64,000 bases of DNA from an uncultured Gemmatimonadaceae bacterium (GCA_963817955.1 CAWFQK010000004.1:1216001-1280000); one strand, 5' to 3'. Shown: positions 42,205-50,892, counted from the first letter of the stretch. Made by a program: numbers and translations. The notes: generated from the letters alone by a model not told the origin.

Positions 42205-42931
42205 ACTTTTCGTATCCCGTGTCCCGTGTCCCGTGTTTCATGTCCCGTGTCTCGTGTCTCGTGTCCCGTGTCTCGTGTCCCGCCCGGAACCCCGCTGGAC
42301 GTTCGCGAGGCGCTCTTGCCAGCGCACGCCTCACGCCGTCCACATCCAGATCGTTGCCGTACACTGGCGTGCCGGGCTGCTGGCGCCACGAGTCGTCAAG
42401 CGCGCCGGCATCGACCGCATCGAACCCCAGCTCGTCGATCAGCCGCATGACGACATCTTTTGCGGCGGAATGATCGCCAGCGACAGGCAGCGCGACGCGC
42501 CGCGTACCCTTGGGGCGTCCCCACTCCATCAGATGCTGCGCGTGAATGGTGTTGAACGCCTTCACCACCGAATGGCGCAAGTGCTGCGAGACCCACCGGC
42601 TCTCTGTGGTCCCCGACTCGATCGCGTCGATGCGACCGTCGCGCTCGGGATAGTAATTGCACGTATCCACGACCACCGTGCTCTCCGGAACGTTCGCGAA
42701 CAGATCCCGGGGCAATTTCGGAATGCTCTTCTCGGGGATCGTGACGATCACCACATCCCGGCCGTGCGCCGCGACCTCCACGGTCACCGCCTTGGCACCA
42801 GTCTCTCGCGCGAGGTCGGCGAGCGTCTCCGGTCCGCGCGAGTTCGCGACTGCCACGTCATGTCCCAATGCGGTCAGGCGACGCGTGAGCGTGCCCCCGA
42901 TGTGACCTGCGCCAATGATTCCGATCTTCAT
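42179..42931 (-). CDS. NADPH-dependent F420 reductase family oxidoreductase with repeat-derived C-terminal extension
   Basis: GGAGGG RBS; MKIGIIGAGHIG, ANSRGPETL, NYYPERDG, VVKAFN, SWRQQPGTPVY. Confidence 0.9.
   Translation of the reverse strand: MKIGIIGAGHIGGTLTRRLTALGHDVAVANSRGPETLADLARETGAKAVTVEVAAHGRDVVIVTIPEKSIPKLPRDLFANVPESTVVVDTCNYYPERDGRIDAIESGTTESRWVSQHLRHSVVKAFNTIHAQHLMEWGRPKGTRRVALPVAGDHSAAKDVVMRLIDELGFDAVDAGALDDSWRQQPGTPVYGNDLDVDGVRRALARAPRERPAGFRAGHETRDTRHETRDMKHGTRDTGYEKFDDDRTHI
42212..42281. repeat. Heptamer array of about 10 GTGTC(C/T)C units
   Basis: Read directly; translates as HETRDT repeats within the oxidoreductase ORF. Confidence 0.9.
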
Positions 42932-43057
42932 GTTCCCCTCCCGTTCCAGGCCCCCCGCGCAATATGCGGGCTCAGGGAAGCCTCGACGAGGGAACATCGC
43001 CGTCGCGAGCGTGCTCGACGGCCAGGGGCGGGCGGCGGTGGGGGGGGAAGGCTCAGA

Positions 43058-43225
43058 TCAGTTTGGTGATTCTTCGGTCTCGTCCGTGGGCGCCTGTTCG
43101 GTGGTCGCATCGCCCTCGGGCCCGTTACGGCGCGCCTTCCGGTCCTCGCGCTTCGCCTCTTTCTTCGCCTTCCGGTCCTGTTCTTTCTTACGCTTCTCGA
43201 AACCGTAGTTTGGCGTTCGGGCCAT
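43058..43225 (-). CDS. Small charged protein (55 aa), not in the ORF track
   Basis: MARTPNYGFEKRKKEQDRKAKKEAKREDRKARRNGPEGDATTEQAPTDETEESPN; basic N-half, acidic tail, GGAG upstream. Confidence 0.75.
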   Translation of the reverse strand: MARTPNYGFEKRKKEQDRKAKKEAKREDRKARRNGPEGDATTEQAPTDETEESPN

Positions 43226-43344
43226 AGGCGGAGACTCCGCTCCAATCGGATGTCCAAGGGTGAAGGCGCCGCCATAGCATCATGGTGTCGCGTACGATCG
43301 TAATCTAGCGATAGCCGCTCACCGCGGGCGAGGTCGCCGCTCCA

Positions 43345-45237
43345 TCACGCCTCACCAAGCAACTGCGCCACATCTCGCGACCCGGCAATCAGCCGGTCTG
43401 CGTCCTGCCCGAGCGCGCGCGCGGCGGCGATGTCGCGTGTCACACCCTCCGTCGTTCCCGCGCCCGCTCTCAGCCGCAGGAGATCGAGTCGCAGATTTTC
43501 CAGCGCCGTCACCACTTCCGCGAGCCGAGTCTCTGCCTGCACCCGCGCGGCACGGAGATCGGCCACGAGCGCGTCCTGCCGGTCGTTCGACGCTGTGTGT
43601 GCGCCACCCAGCGTGCGCTGCGCCTCGGCAAGCGACGCGTCGAGCTCCACGATCCGCGCCCGCACCACGCGCGCGTGCGACTCCAGCCCGTGCAATACCT
43701 CCGGCACGTTGCCGAGCATCTGACGGGTCTCCTTCGGAAACATGTCGTAGAGTGCCTCGGCGGACATGGCGATGGCCAACTCCGTCGCGCGGTCCTGCGC
43801 AATTGCCCGTTGTCCAAGCTTGATCGACGCAGCGCCCATCAGCAGCGCGCCCGGCTTGCCTTGCCAGAACCGCGCAAACAACGAGTCGGCGCCGGTTCGC
43901 ATGCGTCGCCACTTCGAGCTGATGATGGTGCCGAGCAATCCGAAATAGCCGCTGATGAATGAGATCGGAATGAGTGCGCGGTGATGAGAGATCACAGAGC
44001 CGGCCAGCAATGCGGCGCCCCCGAGCAACCCCAGCGCGCCACCCACGCGAAAGAGCCGCTCACGCTTGCTCTCCTTCGGTCCGAACTCGTAGAGGAATTC
44101 CTCACGGATACGCTCGAACTTGGTGCGCAATGCAGCGGCAATGTCGTCCGCCCCATATCCAAGGCGCAATACGCTCCGCATACGCATGGTCAACAGCACA
44201 ATCGGAAGGCCGATGCCGGCCGCGAGGAGCCCGACACCGGCGCCCATCCGCACCAGACTCCACCCGTGACGAGCCGTCGATTCGAACAACCCGACCGCCG
44301 GTCCAAAGCTCACGAAGAACGGGATGAGCAGTGTGACCACACGGCGCCGGTCGAGGAACACCCGCAGCGGCACTGGAAGATCGGCCCGTTTCTCGAGCGA
44401 CGGCGCCAGTGCCTCGGCGAGCGCTTCACCGGTGGGAAAGCGCGCGGTCCGGTCCTTCTCCAGGCACCTGTCGATCACCCGTGCCAGAGCAGGTGGAACG
44501 CCGCGCGCGAGCGAGCCGACAGCCGGCGCAGGCTTGGTGAGATGCTGTAACAGTACGCCCTGTGCGGTGGGCGCGCTGAACGGCAGCGTTCCGGTGAGCG
44601 CAGCAAAGCCAACGATGCCGAGCGCGTAGAGGTCGCTCCGACCATCGAGGTCCTCTCCTGCCGCCTGTTCGGGACTCATGTATTCTGGCGTGCCGAGCAC
44701 TTCGCCGACCACCGTTTCGCCACCGGCGGCATGGCGCGCGATGCCGAAGTCGAGCACCACCGTGCGATCGGTACCGCGCTCGATCATGATGTTCGCCGGT
44801 TTGATGTCGCGGTGCACCACACCCTGCGCGTGCGCGTAGGCCAGCGCCCAGGCCGCCTCTCGAAGAATTCGTGTCACCTCCTGCGCCGGCCGCGGTCCGT
44901 GTGCCGTCAACCGCTGCGCCAACGTCTCGCCATCGACAAATGCCATGACGTAGAAGACGAAGTCGCCCACTTCGTCCACCGAATGGATCGGCGCGATGTA
45001 CGGATGCGACAACCGCGCAGCGGTGCGCGCCTCCCGAAGGAACCGGTCACGCAGCGTCTGCTGCGCAGCGAGCTCCGGCGGAAGCAGCTTGATGGCAACC
45101 GACCGGTCGAGCCGCACCTCGCGCGCGAGATACACCACACCCATACCGCCCCGCCCAAGCTCGCGCTCGAGCGAGTAACGGCCGGCCACGGCCTCCTGAA
45201 AGGCGAGAAACAGCGAGTCGACGGCCGGTGCCGTCAT
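43345..45237 (-). CDS. Serine/threonine protein kinase with TM segments and C-terminal coiled coil
   Basis: LGRGGMGVVY, VAIK, HRDIKPAN, DFGIA, GTPEYMSPEQ, SDLYALG. Confidence 0.95.
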   Translation of the reverse strand: MTAPAVDSLFLAFQEAVAGRYSLERELGRGGMGVVYLAREVRLDRSVAIKLLPPELAAQQTLRDRFLREARTAARLSHPYIAPIHSVDEVGDFVFYVMAFVDGETLAQRLTAHGPRPAQEVTRILREAAWALAYAHAQGVVHRDIKPANIMIERGTDRTVVLDFGIARHAAGGETVVGEVLGTPEYMSPEQAAGEDLDGRSDLYALGIVGFAALTGTLPFSAPTAQGVLLQHLTKPAPAVGSLARGVPPALARVIDRCLEKDRTARFPTGEALAEALAPSLEKRADLPVPLRVFLDRRRVVTLLIPFFVSFGPAVGLFESTARHGWSLVRMGAGVGLLAAGIGLPIVLLTMRMRSVLRLGYGADDIAAALRTKFERIREEFLYEFGPKESKRERLFRVGGALGLLGGAALLAGSVISHHRALIPISFISGYFGLLGTIISSKWRRMRTGADSLFARFWQGKPGALLMGAASIKLGQRAIAQDRATELAIAMSAEALYDMFPKETRQMLGNVPEVLHGLESHARVVRARIVELDASLAEAQRTLGGAHTASNDRQDALVADLRAARVQAETRLAEVVTALENLRLDLLRLRAGAGTTEGVTRDIAAARALGQDADRLIAGSRDVAQLLGEA

Positions 45238-45695
45238 CCGGACACGCTCGTATCCGACGCCGGAGTTGGTGCGTGCACGAACCGCCAGGCGATGGATCCA
45301 CGAAGCGCGGCACCGAATCCGCCCGCCGTCGGTGCGATCAAGGTTCCATCGCCGCGCACGAGTGTGGCGTCCGCGGCACGGAGAAAGAGGATGAGCGCAG
45401 CCGCAAACTTGGCATCGGGGACACGCACATCGACGCGGACGCGCACGCTTGCCGGACGGCCGGCTTCGGACCTGACCTCAATGCGGTTTCCGTCTTCAGC
45501 GCCCCATGTCTGCAGGTCGGGTGACGTGGACGCGGCCGGCGGCGCCATCGCAGTGATGCGTGCCTGGTAATCAGGCGGCAGCGTCGCCTCGCGCCACCAG
45601 TTCGTGGACGCCAACGCCTGCGCGGTGATCGGCACCGGCGCCGCAGCGAGCGCGAGCCGCGGGATCACATAGAGGTCCACTTGCCATGCTGCCAT
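45234..45695 (-). CDS. Hypothetical protein
   Basis: AGGAG RBS before MAAWQVD; ATGA overlap with the kinase start. Confidence 0.7.
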   Translation of the reverse strand: MAAWQVDLYVIPRLALAAAPVPITAQALASTNWWREATLPPDYQARITAMAPPAASTSPDLQTWGAEDGNRIEVRSEAGRPASVRVRVDVRVPDAKFAAALILFLRAADATLVRGDGTLIAPTAGGFGAALRGSIAWRFVHAPTPASDTSVSG

Positions 45696-45803
45696 TTCGG
45701 GACTCCTGAACGCCACGAGCGAGATCCGGCACCCATGCACAAGCATATATCCTGGGCCGCGTCCTGTCGATTATGACGCATACGACCAGGGTCTTGAACA
45801 CCA

Positions 45804-46076
45804 TCAAGCCGGCGATCGTCGAACCGATGACCGTTCCCAGTACGCGAATTCCTGCACCGCACACGCACCGTCCAGATCGGCGACGCTGTCGCGTAGATAC
45901 GTCTGAGCATCTGCGATCGCGCCGTTGTACACGGACGGTGCGACCTCCTTCAGGATGAACTCCAACACGAGGGCCGCCTTCAGATCTCCGATGTCCTGGT
46001 CGAGCGACTCGGCAAAGTAGCGTTTGATCGATGCAATGGAGTGCTTCGTGGCGGCGTCAGAGAGAGAGATCTTCAT
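45804..46076 (-). CDS. DUF2164 family protein
   Basis: IASIKRYF...IGDLKAALVLEFILKEVAPSVYNGAIADAQ...FAYW. Confidence 0.85.
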   Translation of the reverse strand: MKISLSDAATKHSIASIKRYFAESLDQDIGDLKAALVLEFILKEVAPSVYNGAIADAQTYLRDSVADLDGACAVQEFAYWERSSVRRSPA

Positions 46077-46244
46077 GTCCTGAACGGCGGAGGTCGCGGC
46101 GGGATGGGGGAACGGAAGCACCGCGCCGGAGGAGCCTTGAAGATGGCGTGATCCGTCGATCCGCGCAAAATCGCGGGCCGTCGCGCGCAGAGCGAATGGC
46201 CGGCAACTGCAGCCGGCCATGCTCTACACGAAGGCGAGCGACAA

Positions 46245-46757
46245 TCAGGCTGACGGGGTCGCCAGCGGTGAGGTCGTCGACGACGGTGTGGTGCCGTCGT
46301 TGTTCGTCGTCGTATCAGCCGACGGCGTCTGGTGGTGATGATGATGGCCGTGGTGGCCCCGCACGCCCTGAGCGCCCTGCCCCCCTGAAGCCGGTGCCTG
46401 CTGCGCATCGGACTGCAGTTGCGTCAGCGCTTGCTGCGCTCCCGAGACGTCGCCCTTCTGCACGGCGGTGAACAACGCCTGAAGGTCCGGTGGCAGTTGC
46501 GTCGACGACGTAGAGCCTTGTGGCGAATACGTCGCTTGCGCGGACTGAATGTCGCTCTGAACGGCCGTCAGCGCCTGCTGCGCCGCCGACGCGTCGCCCG
46601 ATTGCACGGCGCTGAACAAGGTCGCGAAGTCGCTTCGAACCTTGCCGTGCGTCGACGCAGGCGCTGGAGGGGCGTTATTGGGTGTGTTCTGGCTGGCTGC
46701 CGCTTGCGTGAACCACTGTGCTGGGCTGGTGAGCGAGCCAATGCTGGAAATGGACAT
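46245..46757 (-). CDS. Ser/Gln/Ala-rich protein with two LFxAVQxGDxSxAQQALTxxQSD repeats and a His-rich tract
   Basis: GGGAGG RBS; MSISSIGS N-terminus; internal duplication; GHHGHHHHH. Confidence 0.8.
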   Translation of the reverse strand: MSISSIGSLTSPAQWFTQAAASQNTPNNAPPAPASTHGKVRSDFATLFSAVQSGDASAAQQALTAVQSDIQSAQATYSPQGSTSSTQLPPDLQALFTAVQKGDVSGAQQALTQLQSDAQQAPASGGQGAQGVRGHHGHHHHHQTPSADTTTNNDGTTPSSTTSPLATPSA

Positions 46758-46853
46758 GCTGCCTCCCGGGAACCGAGATGAATTGGAGATCGGTGGGATG
46801 GGACGAAGCCGGGCGGGAGGCGTCGACACCGATGGATGAATGATGCGTTCTAT

Positions 46854-46881
46854 TTATCGGCAGCAGGTCTGGGAAACTTGA
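46854..46881 (-). promoter_or_regulatory. Putative sigma-28 (FliA-type) promoter
   Basis: Minus strand TCAAGTTT-N12-GCCGATAA versus consensus TAAAGTTT-N11-GCCGATAA; about 100 bp upstream of 46757. Confidence 0.65.
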
Positions 46882-46963
46882 GCGCGCGAAAAAAATAGGC
46901 ACAAAGTGGCGATCGGCGGGGTTGGGGGCAGTATCGCCGGCGGTGCAGCCGATCGCGAGGCGG

Positions 46964-47112
46964 GGATTGGGCTCCGGACTCTATTCTGGCTGGGTGTCGC
47001 TGGCGGCTCCGTAGCGGTCGGCCCACCGGTCGGCGAGTTTCGAGTTTCCAGTTGTGAGTTGTGCGTCGTGAGTTTCTCGTGTCCCGTGTCTCGTGTCCCG
47101 TGTCCCGTCTCG
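46964..47112. repeat. Second, inverted copy of the dispersed element at 86-228, ending in a heptamer run
   Basis: GGATTGG.CTCCGG...GCTGG.TGTCGCTGGC.GCTCCGTAGCGGTCGGCCCACCGGTCGGCGAGTTTCGAGT.TCCAG matches the reverse complement of 86-228. Confidence 0.9.
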
Positions 47113-47805
47113 TTACTTCGAGATCACAACTGTTTGCGGCTTCGTGAGGTAGCGTAGTGACAGACTGCCTCCCGCACTGGTAACCTGACTCGGCGTGGTG
47201 GAGCTGGAGCGGATGAGCCAGAGGGTTCCGGCGCCGGGTTCGAGATCCGTCATCGAGGTTGCGGGCATGGTGATGCTGCTATCTCCCACGGTGGACGTGG
47301 AGACATAGGCACCTGGCCCCGCCGCTGGGGCGACGTGGAGCGTCACGGTCTCACTACCGTGCACCGGTCCCGCGAAGGAGATCTTGAAGTCCGAGGTCTT
47401 GCTCACCGTCGCGGGAATGGTTCCGGTGAACGAGATGGGCGCAATGGTGCCGGTGTTCACAAATTCGTGACTGTCGTTCGTGACAAAGCTGAACGTGTGG
47501 CCTGGCTGGAAGCCCGCCTGGCTGCCATAATATGAAGTTCCCAAGAACGCTGATTTCGTCAAATCAGACCGATTGTGACTGAGCTTGCAGTTCCCCGCCA
47601 ATTCGAGTGTCGTGCCGGTCGGCCCGGAAAATCGAAGGGTCACAACGGAATACGTGGTGTCCGTTGACGCATCGTAGCCGGCCGATAGACTTTGGTAGAT
47701 CTGATCCTGGTTGACAGCGGTGCACTGTCCCGTGTCAGTGGAGCAGGCGCTCAGCGCGCCAAACAGGATGATTGCGGATAGGGACGGGACGACGAGAGAC
47801 GTCAT
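47113..47805 (-). CDS. Hypothetical lipoprotein, Ser/Thr-rich beta-sandwich
   Basis: GGAG RBS, lipobox LSAC. Confidence 0.75.
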   Translation of the reverse strand: MTSLVVPSLSAIILFGALSACSTDTGQCTAVNQDQIYQSLSAGYDASTDTTYSVVTLRFSGPTGTTLELAGNCKLSHNRSDLTKSAFLGTSYYGSQAGFQPGHTFSFVTNDSHEFVNTGTIAPISFTGTIPATVSKTSDFKISFAGPVHGSETVTLHVAPAAGPGAYVSTSTVGDSSITMPATSMTDLEPGAGTLWLIRSSSTTPSQVTSAGGSLSLRYLTKPQTVVISK

Positions 47806-47913
47806 GCTCGCTCCATGGACCAGAGGAAGGATTGGCAGCCATAACCTGCGCTGGTCGAATGGCATCCGGCAACCACGAACCTGATGAACCAGACCTCGGA
47901 GTCATGACACGCG

Positions 47914-48909
47914 ATGTACTCCACCTGTATCCACTGCCACGCGCCGCTTGGCACGAATGAGCTGGTCGCGCCGTGCCCGGTCGGCAGGCGGCTCGCGTTC
48001 GATGCACGGCATGGCCGCCTGTGGATCGTCTGTGCGCGCTGCCGCGAGTGGAATCTCACGCCCCTCGAGGAGCGGTGGGAAGCGATAGAGGACTGCGAAC
48101 GTCTGTTCCGTTCCACTCGCTTGCGCGCATCGACTGAGAACATCGGGCTCGCCAAGTTGCCGGAGGGGCTGGAGCTCGTGCGCATCGGTACGCCGCTCCG
48201 CCCGGAGATCGCCGCGTGGCGCTACGGCGCCGAGTTCCGGCGTCGCCGGCTCGTGGCGAGGTTGCCGGCCGCTGCACCGCTAGTGCCGATGGTCGCGCTC
48301 AACGTGCTGGGTGTCGCGCAGATAATCCCGATCTCGTTTGCCGCCGTGGGGGCCACCCTGGGGTTCGGGTCTATAGTGTACATAGTGCGCAGTCGCTGGC
48401 GGCCGCGCGTTGTGTGCGAGGATGGCCGCGTCACGCGGCTTCGGGTGCGCGAGTACAAGGAGACACGCCTGGAGCGGCGCGGCGATTCATGGGGGCTGCG
48501 CTGGCAGCCAGACGGGACTTCACCTGGATTGGAGGGCAAGCCGGCAGAGCGCGCCCTTCGCTCGATTCTCGCCGGCGCGAATTCACACGGCGGGTACGAT
48601 GCGGATATTCGCGGTGCGCTCGGTCTCCTCGACCAGATTGGCGGCGGCGACCGTTTTCTCACGCGGTTGGCGCGCGTCTGGCCGGCCGACGTTCACTGTG
48701 GCATCTGGTCCTTGCCGCCCGACGTACGCCTCGCGCTCGAAATGGCCGTGCACGAGGAGACGGAGCGGCGCGCGCTCGAGGGTGAGCTCGCCACGCTCGA
48801 GGACGAGTGGCGTCTCGCCGAGGAAGTCGCGTCAATCGCGGACAACCTCTTCCTCCCCGATGACGTCGCGGCCTCGCTTCGCGCCGCGCCGGGCGAGGCG
48901 AGTACATGA
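47914..48909 (+). CDS. Hypothetical Zn-ribbon membrane protein
   Basis: MYSTCIHC...GRRLAFD...VCARCREWNL.P.EERWE; two TMs; acidic C-terminal helix. Confidence 0.8.
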   Translation: MYSTCIHCHAPLGTNELVAPCPVGRRLAFDARHGRLWIVCARCREWNLTPLEERWEAIEDCERLFRSTRLRASTENIGLAKLPEGLELVRIGTPLRPEIAAWRYGAEFRRRRLVARLPAAAPLVPMVALNVLGVAQIIPISFAAVGATLGFGSIVYIVRSRWRPRVVCEDGRVTRLRVREYKETRLERRGDSWGLRWQPDGTSPGLEGKPAERALRSILAGANSHGGYDADIRGALGLLDQIGGGDRFLTRLARVWPADVHCGIWSLPPDVRLALEMAVHEETERRALEGELATLEDEWRLAEEVASIADNLFLPDDVAASLRAAPGEAST

Positions 48910-49259
48910 AACCGATCGTCTGGTTCAAGCGACCGGCGACCACGGCGGTAGTCAAGGCGCCGCCAGCCACGCCGGCAGAACGGGAGTGGTGGCGAGAAGC
49001 GAGCAAACCTCATCGCCGGCGCATGTACAAGGTGATGATACCCGTATTCGCCGGGATGCCCATTTTCGAGAGCCTGTTGCGTTCTCCGGCGGCGTTCTTT
49101 GCCGGCAAGTGGATGACCGTCGTACCGTTGGGCGTTGGCTCTGCAGTGGTCTGTGGGCTTCTCAGTTGGTATATGATGTCGGGGCCACTATTGCGAGCCC
49201 AGCTCCCCGGCAAGCGGATACGCGACGCGCTGGTCGCCGAAGCGAGCGAGCGGGTGTAA
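48906..49259 (+). CDS. Small two-TM hypothetical protein
   Basis: ATGA overlap with the upstream gene; two hydrophobic segments. Confidence 0.6.
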   Translation: MKPIVWFKRPATTAVVKAPPATPAEREWWREASKPHRRRMYKVMIPVFAGMPIFESLLRSPAAFFAGKWMTVVPLGVGSAVVCGLLSWYMMSGPLLRAQLPGKRIRDALVAEASERV

Positions 49260-49325
49260 TCGCGCAGGGCCGCCCAACGTGAGCGGCCCTGCGCGCGTGT
49301 GGATGGATGTACTACCAGGAACGAA

Positions 49326-50036
49326 CTACCCCGCTGCGACCGGCGGCTGGGTTGCTGGTGTGGCTGGTGTGCCTGGTGTACCAGCCGCCACCCTGGTACG
49401 ACCCAACTTGGCGGTCGGCTTGATCTCCACCTTCCACTTCCCGAGCAGCTCGGGATCGTTCTGGAGCGCGATCTGCACCAGACAATCCAGCGCGCGAAGC
49501 GTCTTGCGTGCACTGATGACCTGCACGGCGATCTGCTCCGTCGCGCTCTGGCGCGCGCCACGACTCCGGGCACGATCGTCGATGGCGGCCACCATCGCGT
49601 TTGCCGTGTCGCGCAGCCGGCTGACGAAATCGACCGGCAGCCCCGCGGCAACGAACGTGGCGCTGTGCCGGTCCGCGTGACTTGCCATACCCATCGCGGC
49701 GCCGTGCAGCACCTGCGTACTCACCTTCGACGACGGCATGCTCAGGTCTGCCAGGTCGGGCCCCTTGGGCAGATCGGCCGCCGCGACGCGAGCGATCGGC
49801 GCCATGTGCTGCGTGACCAACACCGTGCGGAGCGTCGACTTCTTCCGGGTGAAGCCCTCTGAATCACGACTGCTGCCGAACTGCGTGGCAGCGAACCGAT
49901 TCAGGTCGGCGAGCTGCGACGACAGTTTCCGCCGTGTGCCCGATGTCGCGACGTCAGGCATTGTGGCTGCGTAGTCACCAACGAAGTTGTCAGCGGCCCG
50001 CAGCGTTTCCACGATACGTCCCTGCCGATTCTGCAT
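49326..50036 (-). CDS. Uncharacterised predicted all-alpha protein (236 aa) adjacent to the 21-bp array
   Basis: GGAGG RBS before MQNRQGRIVETL; amphipathic helices, HMAPIARVA, AGLPVDFV, LD..V...L.NDPELL..W, Pro/Ala/Thr tail. Confidence 0.85.
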   Translation of the reverse strand: MQNRQGRIVETLRAADNFVGDYAATMPDVATSGTRRKLSSQLADLNRFAATQFGSSRDSEGFTRKKSTLRTVLVTQHMAPIARVAAADLPKGPDLADLSMPSSKVSTQVLHGAAMGMASHADRHSATFVAAGLPVDFVSRLRDTANAMVAAIDDRARSRGARQSATEQIAVQVISARKTLRALDCLVQIALQNDPELLGKWKVEIKPTAKLGRTRVAAGTPGTPATPATQPPVAAG

Positions 50037-50058
50037 ACGACGACCTCCATATATAGGA

Positions 50059-50098
50059 TGAGGACGCGAATGATTCAGTCCCGGCATGCGCGTCCTCA
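50059..50098. promoter_or_regulatory. 10-bp perfect inverted repeat (hairpin or operator) between the gene start and the array
   Basis: TGAGGACGCG (50059-50068), 20-nt spacer, CGCGTCCTCA (50089-50098). Confidence 0.6.
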
Positions 50099-50130
50099 CG
50101 CCGGGGGCGCCTTCTCGGAAGTGAGAAGGG

Positions 50131-50736
50131 CGAAATTGCTCGATCTAGGGCCGAAGTCGACTGATCGAGTGCACAGTCGACTGAGCGTTTGTCGAAGTCG
50201 GCTCACGGATTGCCGACGTCGAATGGGCGATTTCCGACGTCGCGTGACCGATCGCCCAAATCGAGTGGCCAATCGCCGAAGTCGGTCGCACGAAAGGCGC
50301 TGTGCCATGGTCAAACGCCGAGGTCGAATGATTGCTTACCGAAATCCAGTGATCGATTTCCGCGGTCGGCTGAACGTTTTCTAAATCGAATGTCCGTTCG
50401 CCACAGTGAAGCAGGCCATTGCCGCAGTCGGCTACACAAAAGCCGAAGCCACATGATCGATGGCCGAAATGACGTGACCGATCAGCGAGATGAAGTGGAC
50501 GATCGTCGAAATGACGTGACGGATCAGCGAAATGAAGTGGACGATCGCCGAAAGGAGCTGACCGGCCGGCGAGATGGGTGACCGATCACCGAAATGACAT
50601 GACCGATCGGCGATATGGAGTGGCGGATCGCCGAAATGACGGGGACGGTCGGCGAAATGAGGTGGACAGTCGTCGAAGTGGGCTAACCGAACACCCCGGT
50701 CAAGTGGACGACCAGACCAATGAAGTGGACGCGCTC
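50131..50736. repeat. Degenerate tandem array of about 29 units of 21 bp (three units of 20 bp)
   Basis: Units start at 50131, 50152, 50172, 50193, 50214 ... 50695, 50716. Approximate consensus CGAARTSRNVTGACCGATCGC; e.g. CGAAATGACGTGACCGATCAG and CGAAATGAAGTGGACGATCGC. Confidence 0.9.
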
Positions 50737-50892
50737 ACGTGTCCCGTGTCTGACATCTCATGCTTCGTGAGCCGTGCCCCCTACTATCTAGTCTCCGCCG
50801 GCGCACGCCAGCGCAAGAGTAAACTACCGTTTTCTCCAAAACTTCTATCTTGCCACCAAAAAGTTGTGTTTTCACAACTGGCGTGTTTGTTA

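Noticed and set aside
50131..50736. CRISPR array, or real coiled-coil CDSs (ORFs 50058-50384, 50189-50581, 50578-51090)
   Set aside because: There is no invariant repeat with unique spacers and no cas gene. The heptad ORFs lack convincing RBSs and change frame at 20-bp units.
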